NCBI GenBank assembly: GCA_963833225.1
Contig: CAWHXD010000007.1
Span: 256,001-320,000 of the forward strand
Origin: an uncultured Chloroflexia bacterium
GTDB lineage: Bacteria; Chloroflexota; Limnocylindria; Limnocylindrales; CSP1-4
DNA: 64,000 nt
Reading direction: 5' to 3'
Shown here: in pieces, positions 30,053-42,431 of the stretch
How positions within the stretch are numbered: position 1 is the first letter of the stretch
How the letters are laid out: each line of letters opens with the position of its first letter
Position numbers and translations under genes: made by a program
Notes under the pieces: generated by a model
The model's input: only the letters and a program-made list of their open reading frames with translations
What the model was told of the DNA's origin: nothing
Databases searched by the model: none

Positions 30053-30679
30053 ATGGTCGAGGATCCCTTCCCGCGCGAGCGCGTTGCCGCCACCCTGCGC
30101 CGGATGCCCGCGTACCTGAAGCTCGCCTGGCGTCTGGGCCGTGATCCGCTGCTCAGCCGCGTGCGGCGGACGGCCATCGTCGCGGCGGCCGGCTACCTCG
30201 CCTCGCCCATCGACCTCGTCCCCGGGGTCATCCCGCTCCTTGGGCAGCTCGACGACATCGCGGTCGTGCTGGCCACCCTGCGGTTCGCGCTCGCGGGGCT
30301 CGACGCGGAGCGACGCCACATGCATCTCGAGGCTGTGGGGCTTGGTGACGACAACCTGAACGAGGACCTGCGGACGGTGGCGGTGACGAGCGCCTGGCTG
30401 GTCCGCGCCGGCGCGAGGACCACGGGCCGGGCCGTGGTGCGGGGTGGGAGGCTGGCCGCGCGCGGCGCGAAGGTGGCCGGCAGGGCGTCGATCAGCCTTG
30501 CCTCGGCAACCCGGCGGGCGACGTCGAGGGCGACGCCGGTGGTGAGGGATGCGGCCGGGCGGGGAGTGGGAGCCGCGAAAGGGCTGGCGTCGCACCGCGC
30601 GAGCCGTGCCCTCGAGGACGAGCAGCTCGCCGTCGACGTGGACGATGCCCCCGGCGCGGAGGAGCCGCCGACGGCGTAG
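30053..30679 (+). CDS. YkvA/DUF1232 family protein
   Basis: YLASPIDLVPGVIPLLGQLDD; GAGGAG RBS. Confidence 0.88.
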   Translation: MVEDPFPRERVAATLRRMPAYLKLAWRLGRDPLLSRVRRTAIVAAAGYLASPIDLVPGVIPLLGQLDDIAVVLATLRFALAGLDAERRHMHLEAVGLGDDNLNEDLRTVAVTSAWLVRAGARTTGRAVVRGGRLAARGAKVAGRASISLASATRRATSRATPVVRDAAGRGVGAAKGLASHRASRALEDEQLAVDVDDAPGAEEPPTA

Positions 30680-30712
30680 GGCCGAACATCGGCTGCCTCC
30701 TCGAGGGCAACG

Positions 30713-30961
30713 CTACGCTGCCCGGCCCTCCAGGCGCGCCGCGGCTGTGCACGCGCCATCGGACAGCATGTGCGCGACGCTCGCGACCCGACGCAGCGCG
30801 CCGGCGAACGCCCGCCGCAGCGGCCCGGGGCCCGACGGACGGCCGACGGGAACCATCGGCGCTGACCCCGCATCGAAGATCCGGTTGAGCGCCGCGAGCT
30901 CGGCTTCCTGTCGGCGGTCGTGGATGATGTCCTGGGCGAGCATCGCGTAGATCTGCCACAT
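30713..30961 (-). CDS. Hypothetical protein (82 aa)
   Basis: GGAGG RBS before MWQIYAMLAQD. Confidence 0.6.
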   Translation of the reverse strand: MWQIYAMLAQDIIHDRRQEAELAALNRIFDAGSAPMVPVGRPSGPGPLRRAFAGALRRVASVAHMLSDGACTAAARLEGRAA

Positions 30962-30977
30962 GCCTGGAGCTCCTCCG

Positions 30978-31100
30978 TCAGTGTCCGAATGAGTGGTTGT
31001 GATCGGTGTGCTCGAAGCCGTCACGGCTCTCTGCCGCGCCGGCAAGCGCGGCGACGACGAGCACCGCGAACAGGGCGATGACCATGATCAGGGCGTCCAT
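30978..31100 (-). CDS. Small 40-aa membrane peptide (absent from ORF track)
   Basis: GGAGG RBS; MDALIMVIALFAVLVVAALAGAAESRDGFEHTDHNHSFGH. Confidence 0.6.
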   Translation of the reverse strand: MDALIMVIALFAVLVVAALAGAAESRDGFEHTDHNHSFGH

Positions 31101-31126
31101 CGGGGGACCTCCGTGGGGCGGGTCAG

Positions 31127-31205
31127 GTAACCGGCACAAAGGACTTCAACAGTTACGAACGATAGCGGCTTGCAAGTAACCTGTCAAGTGGTATAACGTG
31201 GTTAC
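31127..31205. promoter_or_regulatory. Divergent promoters with two GTAAC-N20-GTTAC operators
   Basis: Operators 31127-31156 and 31176-31205; minus-strand TTGACA-17-TATCGT and plus-strand TTGCAA-16-TATAAC. Confidence 0.7.
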
Positions 31206-31213
31206 CGACAGTT

Positions 31214-31831
31214 ATGCCCATCGACATTCCCACCACCCCGCACGCCCACACTGCCGACCTCGAGGCATGCCTCGATCTGATCAACACGGTCGAGCTGACC
31301 GACGGGGTTCCCGACGACCACATCCCCACCGCCGAGGACGCGATCGCCTTCCTCGCGGAGCGCGACCTGGCCCACGAGGCCGACCTGCGCCGCCAGCAGC
31401 GTCGCGAGGGCGACGCGTGGCTGGACCGGGTCCGGGAGACCCGTTCCGCCCTGCGTGAGCTGTGGGATTCGCAGGTCGAGGGTCGCGCACCCGCATCGGG
31501 CGCCCTCGTCACACTCAACGCCCTGCTGGACCGCGCGCCACGAGTCGAGCTGCGCGCCACCCTGGCCGGCGTCGAGATCACGCACGACCACCGGCCCGAC
31601 GATCCCACGGGCGAGGCGCTCGCTCGCACCGCCATGCCGCTCGTGGAGGCGATCGCGACCGGCCAGACGGACCGGTTCCGGATCTGCGCCAACGACGGCT
31701 GCCGCTGGGTGTTCGAGGATTCCTCGCGCGCGGGCCGCCGCCGATGGTGCGACATGACCACCTGCGGCAACCGCGCGAAGGTCCGGCGGTTCCGCTCGCG
31801 GCAGCGCGAGGGCTCGTCAGCGCCCGGCTGA
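31214..31831 (+). CDS. CGNR zinc-finger / ABATE domain protein
   Basis: CLDLINT; CANDGCRWVFEDSSRAGRRRWCDMTTCGNRAK. Confidence 0.93.
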   Translation: MPIDIPTTPHAHTADLEACLDLINTVELTDGVPDDHIPTAEDAIAFLAERDLAHEADLRRQQRREGDAWLDRVRETRSALRELWDSQVEGRAPASGALVTLNALLDRAPRVELRATLAGVEITHDHRPDDPTGEALARTAMPLVEAIATGQTDRFRICANDGCRWVFEDSSRAGRRRWCDMTTCGNRAKVRRFRSRQREGSSAPG

Positions 31832-31851
31832 GCGCACCGCCGGGCGGCCGG

Positions 31852-32790
31852 TCAGAGCTGCTCGAGGCGCGGCCTGACCTCCGTCGCGAACCGCGTCATC
31901 GACTCCTCGTCATAGTCCGCGGGGACACCCACGATCAGGTGCCGATACCCGAGCGCGACCTTGGGGGCGATCTTCTCGACCACATCGTCCACCGTGCCCA
32001 CCGGCTGGTCCTCCCAGTGCCGGGCGACCCGGTTGCGATCGAACGCCGCGTGGAACAGGCGCTCCGCCTCGGCGCGATCGTCGCGGATGAACACCGTCCC
32101 GACGCCGGTGGACCGCTCGATCTCGGACGGGTCGCGGCCGACGGTCTCGCAATGGCGGAGGAGGACCTCCTCCTTGCGCTGGAGCTCCTCGATGGTGCCG
32201 CCGACGTTGTTCATATCGGCGTACTTCGCGACCAGCTTGAGCGTGACCTGCTCGCCGCCACCGCCGATGCAGATCGGAAGGTGCGCCTGGACGGGTGGCG
32301 GGAGGTTCCGCGTGTCATGGCTCGTGTAGTGCGGGCCCGCCGCCGTCGGTTCGGTTCCGTCCAGCATCCCACGCATGATCGGGAGGGCCTCACCCAGCCA
32401 GCGAAGGCGCTCGGGGAAGCCCGACCCGAAGTCCAGCCCGAAGTCCTGGTGCTCCTCCTCGAACCACGCCCCACCGATGCCCAGGATCGCGCGGCCGTTG
32501 CTGATGTGGTCGAGCGTGGTCGCCATCTTGGCCGTGAGCGTCGGCGCCCGGAACGAATTCGCGCCCACCATGAGGCCGATCCGGATCCGCTTGGTCGCCT
32601 GCGCCCAGGCCGCCAGCGTCAGCCAGCCCTCGTAGTTGGGCCCGGTCGAGTCACCGACGATGGGGTACAGGTGATCCCAGGTCCACAGGGTGTCGTAGCC
32701 CAGCTCGTCGGCACGGATGCCGGCCTGGAGCAGCGCGGGCCACTTGGTGTACTGGTTCCAGCAGAGTGCGCCGATCTTGATGTCAGTCAT
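31852..32790 (-). CDS. LLM-class (F420/flavin-dependent) oxidoreductase
   Basis: WTWDH, AKMATTLDHISNGRAILGIGGAW, IGGGGE. Confidence 0.92.
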   Translation of the reverse strand: MTDIKIGALCWNQYTKWPALLQAGIRADELGYDTLWTWDHLYPIVGDSTGPNYEGWLTLAAWAQATKRIRIGLMVGANSFRAPTLTAKMATTLDHISNGRAILGIGGAWFEEEHQDFGLDFGSGFPERLRWLGEALPIMRGMLDGTEPTAAGPHYTSHDTRNLPPPVQAHLPICIGGGGEQVTLKLVAKYADMNNVGGTIEELQRKEEVLLRHCETVGRDPSEIERSTGVGTVFIRDDRAEAERLFHAAFDRNRVARHWEDQPVGTVDDVVEKIAPKVALGYRHLIVGVPADYDEESMTRFATEVRPRLEQL

Positions 32791-32832
32791 GCAGCCAGTG
32801 TAGATCGGACCGCGTTCTGAACCTGACGTCGC

Positions 32833-33171
32833 TCAGACGATATCGACCGAGATCTCCACCGCTGAAACCGTCCCCCGGTTCTCGAGCCAGTGGAGCGTCT
32901 CCCGATCCTCGGGCCAGCCAACCCCCGGCCCGTACTCCGTGGCGACCCCGTCCCGGTGGTCGGTGATCGCTCCCTGCAGGACGTACACGATGCCGGGCCT
33001 GCCCTTGTGGTCGTGGATCGGGCCGAAGACGCCTCCAGGCTCGATGGTCACGATGCGCATTCGAAGCTGGCGCCCTTCCATGCCCTCGATCTCGCGGCCA
33101 AGGTCAACCGATGCAAGCACCTTCGTCGTTACGCCCTTCGTCTCAGGCGCCACCAGTTGGTTGCTCATCAT
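32833..33171 (-). CDS. Cupin domain protein
   Basis: IEPGG...HDHKGRP..VYVLQG...HWLENRG. Confidence 0.85.
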   Translation of the reverse strand: MMSNQLVAPETKGVTTKVLASVDLGREIEGMEGRQLRMRIVTIEPGGVFGPIHDHKGRPGIVYVLQGAITDHRDGVATEYGPGVGWPEDRETLHWLENRGTVSAVEISVDIV

Positions 33172-33287
33172 GCTCTCCGTCGAAGATTGGGCGGCTCTGC
33201 AGGGGCGCCAGACGTCGTGACCGGGAGTCAACGTTCCGGGCGCGAATGACCGTGATGCCCGGGCCCGGCACCACGTCCTTGACTGAG

Positions 33288-34868
33288 GAGCATGTGAAGT
33301 AATCGCGCCGTTGGGGATTCCCAAGCGGGACCGGCGCAGTCACGCTCGACGACATGGACGACACGCTGTTCGATCTCCCGCCCATCGAACCCGCTGCCAC
33401 TGTTGACGAGGTCCGGGCGCGCCCGAGGGTCCAGCGCCCGAACCGGAACCAGGTCGAGCTGCGGCCGGTCGACCTCGAGGGCCTGCTGTCCGCGGACCAT
33501 CGGGCGCGCCTCGTGTGGGCGTTCGTCGAGGGCCTCGATCTCGAACCGCTGTACGGGCGGATCCGTGCGCTCGAGGGCGGGGCCGGGCGGCCGCCGATCG
33601 ATCCCGCGATCCTGACCGCCCTGTGGCTGTACGCCACCCTCGAGGGGGTCGGCTCGGCCCGGGCGCTCGAACGCCTGTGCGATGCGCATGACGCGTACCG
33701 CTGGATCTGCGGCGGGGTCCCGGTCAACTACCACACCCTGGCCGACTTCCGCGTCGGCGACGGCGATCTGTTCGACCGCCTGCTCACCGAGGGCGTGGCC
33801 GCGCTGATCGCCGACGGCGCGGTCAGTCTCAACCGCGTCGCCCAGGACGGGATGCGGGTCCGGGCTTCGGCAGGTGTGGGCTCGTTCCGCGGGCGGGATG
33901 CCCTCGAGGTTGCCCGCGCCGAGGCTGAGGCCCAGGTGGCGGCGCTGCGGGCCGAGCTCGAGACCGACCCCGAGGCGACCTCCCGGCGCATCGCCGCGGC
34001 GCGCGAGCGGGCGGCACGCGAGCGGGCCGAGCGCGTCCGCCGGGCCCTCGAGCGGCTGCCCGAGCTCGAGGCCCGCCGCGCGAAGCCGACCGCCAACCGC
34101 CGGCCGTCCAAGCCGCCAGAGGCCTCGACGACCGATCCCGAGGCGCGCTTCATGGCGTTCCCCGACGGCGGCGCCCGGCCTGCCTGGAACGTCCAGTTCG
34201 CCACCGACACCGCGACCCAGGTGATCGTCGGACTCGAGGCGGACGACCGGTATGACAACGAGGCCCTGGGTCCGATGGTCGACCAGATCCGCACCCGTTA
34301 CGGACGGGCGCCCACCGAGCACCTCGTCGACAAGGGGTTCCGGAACTTCACCGAGCTCGTGCGGCTGGCCGAACCTCCCTGCGGCACCACGCTGTTCATG
34401 CCCGTCCCCAAGCCCCGCGGCCGCAGCACCCGGGATCGCCACCGGCCACTCCGGACCGACCCGCAGGCGGTTGCCGAGTGGCGGGTCCGGATGGGGACCC
34501 CCAAGGCGAAAGCGATCGCGAAGGAACGCGCGTCGACCGCCGAGTGCGTCAACGCGATCGCCCGCAACCGGGGGCTGCGCGCGTTCGGGGTCCGGGGTCG
34601 CACCAAGGTCAGGGCCGTCATCGTCTGGTTCGCCCTCGCCCACAACCTGATGCGGACACTCGCCCTGCGAGCCGCAGCCCAGGCCACCTGATCCAGGGGC
34701 GACGCCCCAGGCGCCGGGTGTCAAAGGGCTGGTCCACCGACCATCGCTGGGTCGATCCTGCCCCGGAGCCACCGGGACATCCAGCCTGCCAGGCGCCCAT
34801 GCTCCTGTCTGGCTGATCGGATCCCGCTGGACCACGCGCAGGCTCGAACGGGAATGCTTCACAGGCTC
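33288..34868 (+). mobile_element. IS1182-family insertion sequence
   Basis: Imperfect terminal IRs GAGCATGTGAAGTAATC / GAATGCTTCACAGGCTC enclosing a transposase. Confidence 0.85.
33354..34691 (+). CDS. IS1182-family DDE transposase
   Basis: DHRAR.VW..VE.LDL, GRPPIDP, YRWICGG..VNYHTL.DFR, DGMRVRASA, STTDPEAR.M, LVDKGF, AHNL. Confidence 0.92.
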   Translation: MDDTLFDLPPIEPAATVDEVRARPRVQRPNRNQVELRPVDLEGLLSADHRARLVWAFVEGLDLEPLYGRIRALEGGAGRPPIDPAILTALWLYATLEGVGSARALERLCDAHDAYRWICGGVPVNYHTLADFRVGDGDLFDRLLTEGVAALIADGAVSLNRVAQDGMRVRASAGVGSFRGRDALEVARAEAEAQVAALRAELETDPEATSRRIAAARERAARERAERVRRALERLPELEARRAKPTANRRPSKPPEASTTDPEARFMAFPDGGARPAWNVQFATDTATQVIVGLEADDRYDNEALGPMVDQIRTRYGRAPTEHLVDKGFRNFTELVRLAEPPCGTTLFMPVPKPRGRSTRDRHRPLRTDPQAVAEWRVRMGTPKAKAIAKERASTAECVNAIARNRGLRAFGVRGRTKVRAVIVWFALAHNLMRTLALRAAAQAT

Positions 34869-35022
34869 CTCCGTCACGAACCGGGCCCTGAAGGTCCCCG
34901 AGATGTCCCGAAATGGGCGCCCGGCGCCGCAACCCTGACTGTCCGTCACGAATCGCGCCGTGACGGACGCCGAGATGCCCCGATGCGCCCGCTGCTGCTG
35001 GAAACCGTGACTGGGGGTCACG
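34869..35022. repeat. REP-like palindromic GTCACG/CGTGAC cluster
   Basis: GTCCGTCACG-N8-CGTGACGGAC (34941-68), CGTGAC-N5-GTCACG (35006-22), CCGTCACGAA repeated. Confidence 0.55.
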
Positions 35023-35044
35023 AACGCCAACCGTCGCCCGAGGG

Positions 35045-37624
<2,580 letters not shown>

Positions 37625-37644
37625 GGTCGGGTCCTGCCTCCGAT

Positions 37645-37679
37645 AGAAACGAAACCCCCCGCCGGTCCCGGCGAGGGGT
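37645..37679 (-). terminator. Intrinsic terminator after tRNA-Ala
   Basis: ACCCCTCGCCGG/CCGGCGGGGGGT stem followed by TTCGTTTCT on the minus strand. Confidence 0.65.
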
Positions 37680-37704
37680 CAGGTTGTCGGCGTCAGCGGG
37701 GCGT

Positions 37705-37780
37705 TGGTGGAGCTACGGGGATTCGAACCCCGGACCTTCTGAATGCCATTCAGACGCTCTCCCAGCTGAGCTATAGCCCC
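37705..37780 (-). tRNA. tRNA-Ala (GGC)
   Basis: GGGGCTATAGCTCAGCTGGGAGAGCG-TCTGA-ATGGCAT-TCAGA-AGGTCCGGGGTTCGAATCCCCGTAGCTCCACCA, 76 nt with encoded CCA. Confidence 0.98.
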
Positions 37781-38017
37781 ACGGGTTTTGTGCTCAATCG
37801 GCCCTGCTTCCTGAGCGAATGGGAGTCTAGCACGGCGGAAACGGCCGAGCCGACAGTCGGGAGCCTGGCCACAACGCTTGGACAGGCGATGACTGCGGCG
37901 AGAAGCGGAACGTGGCCTGGCTGATCAGCGCCGGCGGGACCGAGCCGACCCGCCACGCTCGAGAGCGCTGCTGGCGGGGGTCGTGCGGGCTCGCGAACGC
38001 GTGCCTGCGGGGCAGGG

Positions 38018-39193
38018 TCACGTGCTAGCCAGCCCGTGGTGCCCTGGGCCGCGGGGGATCACCGGCCAGATGTCGGTGACCACCCCGTCGCAATCGACCA
38101 CGTGGAAGGCATCGAACCAGTTGACGGTCGACGGCGCGTAACCCGGTATGACCGCCACCACATCCCCGATCCTGAGCGAGCCGTCCCGGTCGGCGAAGAT
38201 CCCGTGCTCCTCGTCGAACCTTACGGCCCCCTCGTGGTGCCCGATGATCCGGGACAACTCGCCGTCGCCGATCGACTTGCTCCCGGCATCGATGATCACC
38301 CGGCCCGGAGGACGACTGATGACTGTTGCCGCCACGGTCAGGGCGTGCTCAAACCCGTTCACCATGCGGCCGTGGAACACGTCCATCAGCACGTACGTGC
38401 CGGCCTGGATCTCGGTGATCCCGGGATGCGTCGCGGTCCATTCCCAGGTCGCCGTCCCACCCGCCGATCGGACGGGCACGGCGATCCCATCCCGCTCGAG
38501 CCGCTCCGCGACTCCGACGAACAGCGCCATCGCCTCGCGTTGGCGGGCGTGCCGCTGTTCGCGATCGTCGATCATGGAGCAGTGGCCCTCGTACCCGGTG
38601 ATCCCCACGAGCCGTAGGCCGGGCAGACCGACGACCGTTCGTGCCAGGTGGAGCGCGGCCTCGGACGTGTCGACCCCGCACCGATTCATGCCCGTATCGA
38701 CCTCGATACAGATCCCCAACTCGCTGCCGCCGTCGCGCGCGGCCGCAGCCAGATCCGCCGCATTGGCGGCATTGTCGACGGCGACGATGACATCGCGGTC
38801 GCGAGCGAGCCCGGCCAGAACTCGGATCTTCTCGGCTCCCACGACGGTGTTGACGACGAACAGGTGGTCGAGGCCAAACCGGGCGAGAACCGCCGCCTCC
38901 CAGACCGTTGCCATCGACAGCCCGATCGCTCCCGCCTCGATCTGCAGACGGGCGAGCTCCGGGCTCTTGTGGACCTTGATGTGAGGGCGCAGTGCGGCGG
39001 GCATGCCGCTCACGGCGTTCGCCATGACCTCGATGTTGCGGCGGGCGATCGGCAGGTCGAGGACCAGGGCCGGGGTGACCAGCTCCGACCGGTGGCGCCC
39101 GATTGCGGCACCGTATTCCCGGCGCACGTGCTCGTGGACGGCCCCGTAGTCGGACGCCCGTGCGAACGGGTCCCCCCGCCCTCTGCCGGTCAC
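38018..39193 (-). CDS. Fold-type III PLP enzyme, D-threonine aldolase / D-serine dehydratase (DSD1)-like
   Basis: TPAL, LRPHIKVHK, EVDTGMNRCGV, GYEGH, EIQAGTY, DEEHG. Confidence 0.88.
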   Translation of the reverse strand: MTGRGRGDPFARASDYGAVHEHVRREYGAAIGRHRSELVTPALVLDLPIARRNIEVMANAVSGMPAALRPHIKVHKSPELARLQIEAGAIGLSMATVWEAAVLARFGLDHLFVVNTVVGAEKIRVLAGLARDRDVIVAVDNAANAADLAAAARDGGSELGICIEVDTGMNRCGVDTSEAALHLARTVVGLPGLRLVGITGYEGHCSMIDDREQRHARQREAMALFVGVAERLERDGIAVPVRSAGGTATWEWTATHPGITEIQAGTYVLMDVFHGRMVNGFEHALTVAATVISRPPGRVIIDAGSKSIGDGELSRIIGHHEGAVRFDEEHGIFADRDGSLRIGDVVAVIPGYAPSTVNWFDAFHVVDCDGVVTDIWPVIPRGPGHHGLAST

Positions 39194-39948
39194 GAGGATG
39201 CGGCGTGGCTTCGGGCCGCCCCGGCCACGGCTCCGTCTCGCATGAAGGCGAAGTTGGCGGCCACGTCGCCCCCGTCGAAGACTGCGCTTCCGGTCACGAT
39301 AAGATCGGCGCCGAGCGCACCGACCTGTTCGATGTTCGCCTTCGTCACACCGCCGTCGACGCCCAGAAGGATGGGCCGCCCCGACGCCTCGATGAGGCGC
39401 CGCACGCGTGCGACCCGCTCGCCCGTCGAGGGCAGGAAGGACTGCCCGCTCCAGCCGGGGTCGATCGCCAGGACGAGCACCAGGTCGACCACCTCCAGCA
39501 GCGGCCCGACAGCCTCGATGGGGGTGCTCGGGTCCAGCCCCACGCCGCGGATGATGCCCCGCTCGGGGTCATTCGCGTTCGTCGCGGCTCCAAGCATGTG
39601 CAGGGCCCTGTGGGGGTGCGCCACACCGCCGAGATGGAGCGTGATGATGTCGGCCCCTGCCGCTACAAACGCCTCGACTCTGGAGATCGGGTCCGAGACC
39701 ATGAGATGGACGTCCTTGAGTAGCGGCGTCCGCATCGCTTTGATCAACGGCGGGCCAAACGTGAACTGCGGGCAGTAGACACCGTCCATGACATCGACGT
39801 GGACGAGCTCGGCGCCGCTCGCGGCGAGCCGCTCGAGCTCGTGGCCCAGGTCCAGCAGGTCGGCGGTGAGCATCCCCACGCTGAGGCGCGGCCCGCCGGT
39901 TCGCAGGTGGTCGAGCGACGGGCCAACACCGTTCAGGACCGTTCCCAT
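39190..39948 (-). CDS. Ribulose-phosphate 3-epimerase family protein (LsrE-like)
   Basis: HVDVMDG, DVHLMV, DPGWSGQ, VDGG. Confidence 0.88.
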   Translation of the reverse strand: MGTVLNGVGPSLDHLRTGGPRLSVGMLTADLLDLGHELERLAASGAELVHVDVMDGVYCPQFTFGPPLIKAMRTPLLKDVHLMVSDPISRVEAFVAAGADIITLHLGGVAHPHRALHMLGAATNANDPERGIIRGVGLDPSTPIEAVGPLLEVVDLVLVLAIDPGWSGQSFLPSTGERVARVRRLIEASGRPILLGVDGGVTKANIEQVGALGADLIVTGSAVFDGGDVAANFAFMRDGAVAGAARSHAASS

Positions 39949-39951
39949 TGC

Positions 39952-40851
39952 TCAGGCCGTGACCTTGGGACTGGCATACTCACGCTCTAGCGCCTGGAAC
40001 ACGTCGAACGCCTCGGCCGGCCGATACCCCTCGTGGACGACCTTGCGGACGGCCTGGATCATCGCCGCCGGCGAGGAGCTCTGGAAGATGTTGCGGCCCA
40101 TGTCGACCCCGGCGGCGCCGCTGTCGATCGCCTGCCAGGCCATGGTGAGCGCGTCCAGCTCGGGCAGCTTCTTGCCGCCGGCCATCACGATCGGCACCGG
40201 GCAGCCGGCGGTGACTTTCTCGAAGCCGTCGGCGCAGTAGTAGGTCTTCACGACCTGCGCCCCGAGCTCGGCGCATATGCGCGTGGCGAGTCCGAGGTAC
40301 CGGGCGTCGCGAACCAGCTCCTTGCCAACCGCCGTGACCCCGAGCACCGGGACCCCACGCTTGTACCCCTCGTCCACCTGGCGCGTCATGTTGATCACGG
40401 TCTCGGTCTCGAACTCACCGCCGACGAATACCTGAACCGCGATCGCCGAGGCACCCAGGCGAACGGCATCGTCCACGTCCATGGCGATCCGCTCGTTGGA
40501 CAGCTCCTTCAGGATGCTCGGTCCGCCGCTCGCCCGCAGGACGATCCCTTGCCGCACCGCAGGCGGCACCACGGTCCGGAGCATCCCGCGCGTCAGCATC
40601 AGTGCATCAGCGTGCGGCGCGAGCGGCAGGATGCTGAGGTCGACACGCTCCAGGCCGGTGGTCGGTCCCTGGAAGTAGCCATGGTCGATCGCCAGCATCA
40701 CGGTGTGGCCGCTCTCCGGCCGGAAGATGCGAGCGAGACGGTGCTGCATTCCCCAGTCGTAGGCACCGGAGCCCTTGAGGAAGAACGCCTCGTTCCTCTG
40801 CGGGACGTCCTCGTAGAACTGCTTGATGTCGCTGCTGTCCTGCTCGGGCAT
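39952..40851 (-). CDS. lsrF: 3-hydroxy-5-phosphonooxypentane-2,4-dione thiolase LsrF
   Basis: [59 protein letters not shown]. Confidence 0.93.
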   Translation of the reverse strand: MPEQDSSDIKQFYEDVPQRNEAFFLKGSGAYDWGMQHRLARIFRPESGHTVMLAIDHGYFQGPTTGLERVDLSILPLAPHADALMLTRGMLRTVVPPAVRQGIVLRASGGPSILKELSNERIAMDVDDAVRLGASAIAVQVFVGGEFETETVINMTRQVDEGYKRGVPVLGVTAVGKELVRDARYLGLATRICAELGAQVVKTYYCADGFEKVTAGCPVPIVMAGGKKLPELDALTMAWQAIDSGAAGVDMGRNIFQSSSPAAMIQAVRKVVHEGYRPAEAFDVFQALEREYASPKVTA

Positions 40852-40875
40852 CGCACTCGTCCCTTCTTGCCATCG

Positions 40876-42431
40876 TTATGCGCCTGCGGGCCACCACATC
40901 GGCGGAAGCAGCCCAATTCCGACAGGTCGAGGATCCGCGGGTAGAGCGTCCGCCAGCGTGCATAGCTCTCGTCATAGACGGCTCGGGCTGCTGGCTGCGG
41001 CTCGAACGTGCGCTCGAACCGCACGAGCCGGTCGGCCACCTCAGTGAGGTCGCGATACAGACCAGCGCCAACCCCCGCGCAGAACGCGGCCCCCAGCGCC
41101 GTCGATTCCTTGACCACCGGGACCCGAACTGGCAGGCCGATCACATCTGCCACGATCTGTGGCCACAGCTGGCCTTTGGCCGCGCCGCCGGTGAACACGA
41201 GCTCGTCGTAGGTTCGACCGGTGAGCTCCGAGATGATCTCGAGATGGCCCCGGACCGTATATGCCGCCTGTTCCTCGAGCGCCCGAATGGACGCCCGGCG
41301 GTTTGACGCGGCGGGACGGTTGACGTCGAAACCGAGCAACGACGGTGACGCCTGGACCCACCGCTTCGCGTCCATCACGTTGGCGAAGATCGCCGTGATG
41401 CCCTCCGCGCCGGGCGGCACGGACGCGGCGGCCTCCTCCATGACCACGTACGCATCGACACCCCGGCGGTTTGCCTCCGCGACCTCCAGCTCGCAGAAGG
41501 CGTCACGGAACCAGCGCATCGCGATGCCGCACCAGAACCCGATCCCCTCGGTCATCCACTGGTCGGGGACTGCGTGACACAGCGTCCTGACCCGCGCCTG
41601 GGGGTCGATCAGTGGCGCGTCGGTCACGACGGTGAGCTGCCAGAAGCTGCCGCCGACGAGGGTGATTCGATCCGGGCGCACCACCCCGATGCCCACCAGG
41701 CCCAGCTGCGTGTCCGCGCCACCGACCACGACCGGTGTTCCAGCGATCAGGCCCGTCTCCTGGGCCGCTAGGTCGGTAATCGGCCCGACGACCGTGCCGG
41801 GCTCGAGCACTTCGGGCACGATGTCGGTCGAGAGGCCGATCAGGCCCAGCGACGACGCCGACCAGGACCGCGCCCGTAGATCGAACAGGTCTGAACTCGA
41901 CCCGCAGGAGGGGTCGGTCACGAACCGTCCCGTCAGGCGATAAAGCACCCAGTCGCTCAGCATGCCCACGTGCGCGGCTGCGCGAAACACGTCGGGCTCG
42001 TGCGCCTTGATCCACAGAAACCGGGCCGGTGAGGTGATCGAGACCCAGTCGCCCCCCTGCTCGAAGATCTTCCGGGCGTCGCCGCTTCGGACGAGCTCGG
42101 TCGCTTCGGCCGAGGCGCGCGAATCGACGTTCGGGCAGGCCCAGATCTCCCGACCGGCCTCGTCGTAGAGGACCATTCCCTCGCGCATGCTCGTGCTGCT
42201 GACGGCAACGACGGCGGAGGCGGCAACCCCGGCTCGCGTCAGGGCCTCCCGGATGCACTCCCCGATGAGCGACCAGTTGTGGTTCGTGTTGAACACCTGC
42301 GATCCCGGTGCGCCAGGGAGCGCCGCGTGCGTCCATTCCCGCTGGCCGATTGCGACCTGGGTACCGTCCTCCGCGAACAACACGGCCCGGCAGCTGCCGG
42401 TGCCGAGATCGATCGCAAGGATGTAGCTCAT
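40876..42431 (-). CDS. lsrK: Autoinducer-2 kinase LsrK-like FGGY kinase (frameshift near 40912; end LPPMWWPAGA*)
   Basis: DLGTGSCRAV, TSMREG, WACPNVDSRA, GGADTQLG, GGSFWQ, WFRDAFC. Confidence 0.88.

Noticed and set aside
37625-37704. T-box riboswitch for leuS
   Set aside because: Only about 80 nt between tRNA and leuS, with a terminator but no T-box consensus.
37705-37780. tRNA-Ala as integration site of the catabolic island
   Set aside because: The island lies 5' of the tRNA; I saw no duplicated tRNA 3' end and no integrase.
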